The translations under genes and the position numbers were made by a program. 11,443 bases of DNA, taken from IMG/VR virus record IMGVR_UViG_2551306674_000011; one strand, given 5' to 3'. Positions 6,776 to 11,443 of the stretch are shown here, piece by piece. Within the stretch, counting starts at the first letter, position 1. The number at the start of each line of letters is the position of its first letter. The notes below the pieces were generated by a model. That model did no database searches. It had not been told where the DNA came from and worked only from the letters and a program-made list of their open reading frames with translations. The stretch comes from a virus (taxonomy: Duplodnaviria; Heunggongvirae; Uroviricota; Caudoviricetes).

Positions 6776-7371
6776 TGATGCCCGCTCTGCAAAAAGTCCC
6801 TTTTTCTGGCTTGCCTTTTTCCGGCATTTGCGGATATAGTTTTTCCGCTGTCGCAAAATCGGCAGCCGGGCGTGGAAACCCGAGCAATCTAACGGCGACA
6901 TATGACGCGCCATGCGTCTTTTTTTGTGTCGCAATCAACGCCACAGAGCGCCAGATTATGGTGTGGTGTGTGGTCAGTCGAGCAGATGGCACTCCGTGCA
7001 TCCTGCCCGCGTCCGCTCATTATGCCGCAGAGTCAATGGTAGCTCAGGCGGGGCAGCCTCCGGGCTGGCCGGTATCCGTTAGAGCCGGTATTTCCACCCC
7101 CGTCTGGGCTATCGCCATCGAGCGTGGAAACTCCGGCGATAGCGTAACCTGCTATCTAACGGAGGCTGCCATCATGGCTACAACCCTTACCCCTTCACAC
7201 CCTGAATTTGTCTTTGTGTTTGCGGCTGTCCGTCGCGCAGACCGTCATCCCCGTATCTGCATGCTTCGCACCGTCGCCGGTGATGAACGCAGCGCCTGCC
7301 GTTCCCTTGTCCGTGACTATGTGCTCTCCCTTGCTGCCCGTCTGCCGGTGGTGGAGGTGTCCCGTGCGTAA
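6772..7371 (+). CDS. eta: eta: long reading frame beginning at the vis stop and ending at the kil stop (kil nested in frame)
   Basis: Three consecutive in-frame ATGs at 6772-6780 overlap the vis TGA (ATGA coupling). Same frame and stop (7369-7371) as kil. Spans PLE, seqA, the CI RNA and seqC, matching the described nested eta/kil arrangement as I recall it. The track's 6727 start lies inside vis and is less likely. Confidence 0.45.
   Translation: MMMPALQKVPFSGLPFSGICGYSFSAVAKSAAGRGNPSNLTATYDAPCVFFCVAINATERQIMVWCVVSRADGTPCILPASAHYAAESMVAQAGQPPGWPVSVRAGISTPVWAIAIERGNSGDSVTCYLTEAAIMATTLTPSHPEFVFVFAAVRRADRHPRICMLRTVAGDERSACRSLVRDYVLSLAARLPVVEVSRA
6811..6840 (+). promoter_or_regulatory. Candidate PLE constitutive promoter (-35 TTGCCT, 18-nt spacer, -10 TATAGT)
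   Basis: TTGCCT at 6811-6816 and TATAGT at 6835-6840, placing the transcription start about 20 nt upstream of seqA. Confidence 0.45.
6868..6894 (+). promoter_or_regulatory. seqA-like immunity target site
   Basis: gggcgtggaaacccgagcaatctaacgg. Its ends (GTGGAAA ... CTAACGG) are complementary to the two ends of the seqB-like element at 7076-7098 and are repeated in the seqC-like element. Confidence 0.45.
7040..7110 (+). ncRNA. cI: CI immunity RNA region containing seqB (boundaries approximate)
   Basis: seqB-like segment ccgttagagccggtatttccacc at 7076-7098, whose reverse complement ggtggaaataccggctctaacgg matches the ends of seqA and seqC. Flanked by a GC-rich hairpin (cagcc tccg ggctg, about 7052-7064). 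Exact 5' and 3' processing sites cannot be set from sequence alone. Confidence 0.4.
7121..7161 (+). promoter_or_regulatory. seqC-like immunity target site overlapping the kil ribosome-binding site
   Basis: gagcgtggaaactccggcgatagcgtaacctgctatctaacgg. The 3' CTAACGG runs directly into the kil Shine-Dalgarno GGAGG (7161-7165). Confidence 0.4.
7174..7371 (+). CDS. kil: Kil (65 aa), first translated gene downstream of PLE
   Basis: ATG at 7174 with RBS GGAGG and 8-nt spacer; 65 codons to the TAA at 7369-7371, nested in frame within eta. Length matches P4 Kil as I recall it. Confidence 0.6.
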   Translation: MATTLTPSHPEFVFVFAAVRRADRHPRICMLRTVAGDERSACRSLVRDYVLSLAARLPVVEVSRA

Positions 7372-7651
7372 TAAAAAAGCCCCTCAGACCGTCTCAGCGC
7401 GTCATGACGCCCGTGAACACCTCAGCATTGAGGCTTACCATAAGCTCAACCGCGCCAGCGCCGTATCCCAGTTTGTTGGGGGTGATTTGATTCACCGTGA
7501 ACTCTCCGGCCTGCATCAGCTCTACATTCCGCATATTTTCAGTTACCTGAATGAAGATATTGATTTTGTGCTGAATGAGCTGAAAGCCAAAGGCCTGTGC
7601 CGCGATTTTCTCGCCCAGCAGAAAGACCGGGGAGACAGGACGCATGTTTGA
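7364..7651 (+). CDS. epsilon: Epsilon (P2 derepression protein), about 95 aa, GTG start
   Basis: Frame open from 7208, but the only RBS-supported start is the GTG at 7364 (GGAGG at 7353-7357, 6-nt spacer), overlapping the kil stop. The 95 residues downstream contain no internal Met, so the start must be non-ATG or far upstream. Stop overlaps the orf151 start (ATGTTTGA). Confidence 0.55.
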   Translation: MRNKKAPQTVSARHDAREHLSIEAYHKLNRASAVSQFVGGDLIHRELSGLHQLYIPHIFSYLNEDIDFVLNELKAKGLCRDFLAQQKDRGDRTHV

Positions 7652-8099
7652 TTTTCCCCAGCCCGGTGAGATTTACCGTTCTGCCGGTTTTCCCGATGTG
7701 GCCGTGGTCGGCATTCTGGAAGACGGTATTCCGTGGGAAATGCCGTACCGCTGCCCGGACATTGTCTGGAATCCGTACCGCCGTAAATTCAGTATCCTTG
7801 TGCGTATCCTCGCCGACGGGCGCACCACAGACATCCCGCTGGGGCGTTTTCTGCGGGAATTTACCTGTGACCGTCCTGACCTGTTTAAACGCAGCCCCGT
7901 AAACCGGCATGCGGTACTGAAAGAAATGGCCGGAGACCCGGAATTACAGAAATGGCGGGAGAAATATCTGGATATTTACCCGCAGGACCCTGTTCCGGTC
8001 AGCCGGGCGGCACCGGTGGCGCGGGAATGGCGGGAAATTCCCCGCACGGAGCCTGACCCGGAAATCACCCCGGATAACAGTTACCGCAATTATCTGTAA
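7644..8099 (+). CDS. orf151, conserved P4 left-operon protein of unknown function (151 aa)
   Basis: ORF 7644..8099, translationally coupled to epsilon. Length and position match P4 orf151. Confidence 0.8.
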   Translation: MFDFPQPGEIYRSAGFPDVAVVGILEDGIPWEMPYRCPDIVWNPYRRKFSILVRILADGRTTDIPLGRFLREFTCDRPDLFKRSPVNRHAVLKEMAGDPELQKWREKYLDIYPQDPVPVSRAAPVAREWREIPRTEPDPEITPDNSYRNYL

Positions 8100-8234
8100 T
8101 TAAAAAACGACACCCGAAAAATTAAATGTGCGTATTCGCGCAGGGATACGCACGTCTTCAGGAGACGCAGATATGCCTTATCAGTTAATGCAACCGGCAC
8201 GGAATGCAGTCATCTGTCACAGGGAGGAAAGCAA

Positions 8235-8555
8235 ATGAAAACACCCTTACCGCCCGTCTTACGCGCTGCCCTTTACCGTCGCGCTGTCGCCTGTGCCTGG
8301 CTGACCGTGTGCGAACGTCAGCACCGCTACCCGCATCTCACCCTTGAGTCACTGGAGGCGGCCATCGCCGCTGAGCTGGAAGGCTTTTATCTGCGCCAGC
8401 ACGGTGAGGAAAAAGGGCGTCAGATAGCCTGTGCCCTGCTGGAAGATTTAATGGAATCCGGCCCCCTGAAGGCCGCGCCGTCGCTGTCCTTTCTCGGGCT
8501 GGTTGTGATGGATGAACTCTGTGCCCGTCACATAAAAGCGCCGGTACTGCACTGA
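8235..8555 (+). CDS. cnr: Cnr, copy-number regulator (106 aa)
   Basis: ORF 8235..8555, RBS GGAGG 8 nt upstream, immediately before alpha. Length and position match P4 Cnr. Confidence 0.8.
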
Positions 8556-8569
8556 AGGAGAACAACACC

Positions 8570-10903
8570 ATGAAAATGAACGTAACCGCCACCGTCAGCC
8601 ATGCGCTCGGCCACTGGCCGCGTATTCTCCCGGCGCTGGGGATTCAGGTGCTGAAGAACCGTCATCAGCCCTGTCCGGTCTGTGGCGGGAGTGACCGTTT
8701 CCGTTTTGATGACAGGGAGGGGCGCGGCACCTGGTACTGCAATCAGTGTGGTGCCGGTGACGGCCTGAAACTGGTTGAAAAGGTGTTTGGTGTTTCCCCG
8801 TCCGACGCGGCCGCAAAGGTGGCTGCCGTGACCGGCAGCCTGCCCCCGGCTGACCCGGCAGTGACGGCCGCCGCCGGTGCTGAAACAGACGCTGCCCGGA
8901 AGAACGCCGCCGCACTGGCACAAACCCTGATGGCGAAAACCCGTACCGGAACCGGTAACGCCTACCTGACCCGCAAGGGCTTTCCCGGCCGGGAATGCCG
9001 GATACTGACCGGCACACACAGAGCCGGTGGCGTGAGCTGGCGCGCCGGTGACCTTGTGGTGCCACTGTATGACGACAGCGGCGAACTGGTTAACCTTCAG
9101 TTAATCAGTGCTGACGGCCGTAAGCGCACCCTGAAAGGCGGACAGGTCAGGGGCACCTGTCACACCCTTGAAGGACAGAATCAGGCCGGAAAACGTCTGT
9201 GGATAGCGGAGGGATACGCGACCGCACTTACCGTACATCACCTGACCGGTGAAACGGTGATGGTGGCGCTTTCTTCCGTGAACCTCCTTTCTCTGGCCAG
9301 CCTTGCCCGGCAGAAGCATCCGGCCTGTCAGATTGTCCTTGCCGCAGACCGTGACCTCAGCGGTGACGGCCAGAAAAAAGCCGCCGCAGCCGCAGATGCG
9401 TGTGAGGGCGTTGTTGCCCTGCCGCCGGTCTTCGGTGACTGGAATGATGCCTTCACGCAGTACGGCGGGGAGGCCACCCGTAAGGCCATTTACGATGCCA
9501 TCCGGCCACCGGCTGAAAGCCCGTTCGACACCATGAGCGAAGCAGAGTTTTCCGCCATGAGTACCAGCGAAAAGGCCATGCGTATCTATGAGCATTACGG
9601 CGAGGCGCTCGCGGTTGATGCCAACGGCCAGCTTCTGTCCCGTTATGAAAATGGTGTCTGGAAGGTGCTGCCACCACAGGACTTTGCCCGGGATGTGGCC
9701 GGGCTGTTTCAGCGGCTGCGCGCGCCGTTCTCCTCCGGGAAGGTGGCCTCCGTGGTGGACACCCTGAAGCTGATTATTCCGCAGCAGGAAGCCCCCTCCC
9801 GCCGCCTGATTGGCTTTCGTAACGGCGTGCTCGACACGCAGAACGGCACGTTCCACCCGCACAGTCCGTCACACTGGATGCGCACCCTGTGCGATGTGGA
9901 TTTCACCCCACCGGTGGAAGGGGAAACGCTGGAAACCCACGCCCCCGCGTTCTGGCGCTGGCTTGACCGTGCCGCCGGTGGCCGTGCGGAAAAACGCGAC
10001 GTGATTCTGGCCGCACTGTTTATGGTGCTGGCAAACCGCTATGACTGGCAGCTCTTTCTGGAGGTGACCGGTCCCGGCGGCAGCGGCAAAAGTATCATGG
10101 CCGAAATAGCCACCCTGCTGGCCGGGGAGGATAACGCCACGTCGGCCACCATTGAGACGCTGGAATCCCCGCGTGAACGTGCCGCGTTAACTGGCTTCTC
10201 ACTGATACGCCTGCCGGACCAGGAAAAATGGAGCGGCGACGGTGCCGGACTCAAGGCCATCACCGGCGGCGATGCGGTGTCCGTGGACCCGAAATACCGG
10301 GATGCGTACTCCACGCATATCCCGGCGGTGATTCTGGCCGTGAACAATAACCCGATGCGCTTCACCGACCGCAGCGGCGGCGTGTCACGCCGGCGGGTGA
10401 TTATTCACTTCCCGGAACAGATAGCCCCGCAGGAGCGCGACCCGCAACTTAAGGACAAAATCACCCGCGAGCTGGCGGTCATCGTGCGTCACCTGATGCA
10501 GAAGTTCAGCGACCCGATGCTCGCCCGGTCACTGCTTCAGTCCCAGCAGAACTCAGACGAGGCACTGAACATCAAACGGGATGCCGACCCGACGTTTGAT
10601 TTTATCGGCTATCTGGAAACCCTGCCGCAGACCAGCGGCATGTATATGGGGAACGCCAGTATCATCCCGCGTAATTACCGTAAATACCTCTATCACGCCT
10701 ATCTGGCCTACATGGAGGCAAACGGCTACCGGAATGTACTCAGTCTGAAAATGTTCGGGCTGGGGCTGCCGGTGATGCTGAAGGAATACGGGCTGAATTA
10801 CGAGAAGCGCCATACCAAACAGGGGATACAGACCAACCTGACGCTGAAAGAGGAAAGCTACGGCGACTGGCTGCCAAAATGTGACGACCCTACAACAGCC
10901 TGA
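8570..10903 (+). CDS. alpha: Alpha, bifunctional primase-helicase with ori-binding C-terminal domain (777 aa)
   Basis: ORF 8570..10903, RBS AAGGAG. N-terminal zinc-ribbon CPVCGGSDRFRFDD...WYCNQCG, TOPRIM-like EGYATA, Walker A GPGGSGKS (nt about 10070-10093). Confidence 0.95.
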   Translation: MKMNVTATVSHALGHWPRILPALGIQVLKNRHQPCPVCGGSDRFRFDDREGRGTWYCNQCGAGDGLKLVEKVFGVSPSDAAAKVAAVTGSLPPADPAVTAAAGAETDAARKNAAALAQTLMAKTRTGTGNAYLTRKGFPGRECRILTGTHRAGGVSWRAGDLVVPLYDDSGELVNLQLISADGRKRTLKGGQVRGTCHTLEGQNQAGKRLWIAEGYATALTVHHLTGETVMVALSSVNLLSLASLARQKHPACQIVLAADRDLSGDGQKKAAAAADACEGVVALPPVFGDWNDAFTQYGGEATRKAIYDAIRPPAESPFDTMSEAEFSAMSTSEKAMRIYEHYGEALAVDANGQLLSRYENGVWKVLPPQDFARDVAGLFQRLRAPFSSGKVASVVDTLKLIIPQQEAPSRRLIGFRNGVLDTQNGTFHPHSPSHWMRTLCDVDFTPPVEGETLETHAPAFWRWLDRAAGGRAEKRDVILAALFMVLANRYDWQLFLEVTGPGGSGKSIMAEIATLLAGEDNATSATIETLESPRERAALTGFSLIRLPDQEKWSGDGAGLKAITGGDAVSVDPKYRDAYSTHIPAVILAVNNNPMRFTDRSGGVSRRRVIIHFPEQIAPQERDPQLKDKITRELAVIVRHLMQKFSDPMLARSLLQSQQNSDEALNIKRDADPTFDFIGYLETLPQTSGMYMGNASIIPRNYRKYLYHAYLAYMEANGYRNVLSLKMFGLGLPVMLKEYGLNYEKRHTKQGIQTNLTLKEESYGDWLPKCDDPTTA

Positions 10904-10910
10904 CCCACCT

Positions 10911-10936
10911 GACCGGCATCTGCCGGTCTTTTTTTA
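10911..10936 (+). terminator. Rho-independent terminator after alpha
   Basis: Stem accggca / tgccggt (10912-10918 and 10921-10927) with 2-nt loop, followed by a run of seven T, 8 nt after the alpha stop. Confidence 0.6.
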
Positions 10937-10950
10937 TCCCGACATCCCCC

Positions 10951-11250
10951 GAAGGTGAACAATCAACTGTTCACCCTTCACCGTATATTCACCCGTTATC
11001 ACACTGAAATTAAAAGAGAAAAACGAAAGGTGAACAGTGTGAACAATCAAATCAAAAAAAACTTTTTTCTCCCTGCGTGATTTCAGTGCGGAGGATTAAT
11101 CACCGGTATGAGTCACATCGGCAGAATGCCGGAGGTGAAGAATCGAATGTTCACCCTTCACCCATTATTCACCACCTATCACTCTGAAATAAAAGGAGAA
11201 AACAGAAAGGTGAACAGTGTGAACAGTTCTTTCGAAAAAAAATTTTTTAT
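10951..11250. repeat. crr (cis replication region): two direct ~120-bp repeats, each with TGTTCACC/GGTGAACA octamers and an A8/T6 tract
   Basis: Repeat 1 about 10951-11070 and repeat 2 about 11131-11250 (offset about 180 bp) align along their length. Octamers at 10954-10961, 10968-10975, 11029-11036 and counterparts in repeat 2. Each repeat ends with a run of 8 A, then 2-3 nt, then 6 T. Confidence 0.7.
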
Positions 11251-11443
11251 GTGGATAAAAGATGCACTGGTTTGGATCCGAGCTACGGATCCAAACTTAC
11301 TGATTAAAAATGATTTAACTTTCCGATTTATTGATGGGCTGAAAATAGATTGGTCAGAAAAACAGTGGGGGCACAAAAGGGGGCATATTTCATTGTTGTG
11401 TTTTATTATTTGTTTTTTATCATTAACTTATTTTGATGTTTGA

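Larger units (their letters stand above)
1..11443. mobile_element. P4-type satellite prophage, near-complete (int through crr); att sites lie outside the window
   Basis: Complete canonical P4 gene set in canonical order with matching protein lengths (Sid 244 aa, Delta 166, Psu 190, Vis 88, Kil 65, orf151 151, Cnr 106, Alpha 777), P2/P4 cos 19-mer, TGTTCACC iterons in two clusters about 4.8 kb apart. Window length is close to the P4 genome size as I recall it. Confidence 0.85.

Noticed and set aside
6727-7371. 214-aa ORF starting at 6727 inside vis
   Set aside because: A start inside vis in another frame is unlikely; the in-frame ATG triplet at 6772-6780 overlapping the vis stop is the plausible eta start, with kil nested from 7174.
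7208-7651. ATG start at 7208 for the epsilon frame (147 aa)
   Set aside because: It would overlap kil across 160 bp in a different frame and has no RBS; the GTG at 7364 with GGAGG upstream fits translational coupling.
8528-10813. Multiple minus-strand ORFs (8528..9019, 8595..9065, 9101..9862, 9453..9677, 9709..9906, 10039..10365, 10553..10813) and plus-strand ORFs 9303..9536 and 9810..10004
   Set aside because: All lie inside alpha, antisense or out of frame, in GC-rich sequence where long spurious ORFs are common; their translations are low-complexity and Arg/Pro/Gly-rich.
10951-11250. Possible CRISPR array suggested by direct repeats
   Set aside because: Only two copies of a ~120-bp unit containing replication iterons, with no short repeat-spacer periodicity; this is crr.
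11108-11443. 111-aa ORF and antisense 65-aa ORF (11179..11376) at the right end
   Set aside because: They lie on crr repeat 2 and its A/T tracts; the translations are just the repeat read as protein.
1-11443. tRNA gene or att core within the window
   Set aside because: No tRNA-like cloverleaf and no direct repeat pair at the window edges was found by eye; the att sites are probably just outside the window.

Overview
The window reads as one almost complete P4-type satellite prophage (phage P4 itself or a near-identical relative), from the integrase start to just past the crr replication enhancer. No att site or tRNA target is inside the window. Order: int (+) | AT-rich accessory cassette cII-like (+) convergent with beta (-) and gop (-) | cos | psu-delta-sid late operon (-) | Psid / ori iterons / PLL | vis, eta/kil with the CI-RNA immunity region, epsilon, orf151, cnr, alpha (+) | terminator | crr. 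The only non-backbone cargo is the ~2.4-kb AT-rich three-gene cassette between int and cos: a small two-TM membrane protein, a translationally coupled 355-aa Beta_protein (sce7725-like) family protein, and a convergent 269-aa protein with a PD-(D/E)xK-like motif. By position, sizes and transcriptional layout this matches the classical P4 'nonessential region' gop-beta-cII as I recall it, so it is not a new locus. Its molecular mechanism is, to my knowledge, unresolved, and it is the most interesting part of the window. Everything else is canonical P4 backbone. All calls come from reading the sequence and the supplied ORF translations; no database search or folding was run, and protein-family assignments are from memory.
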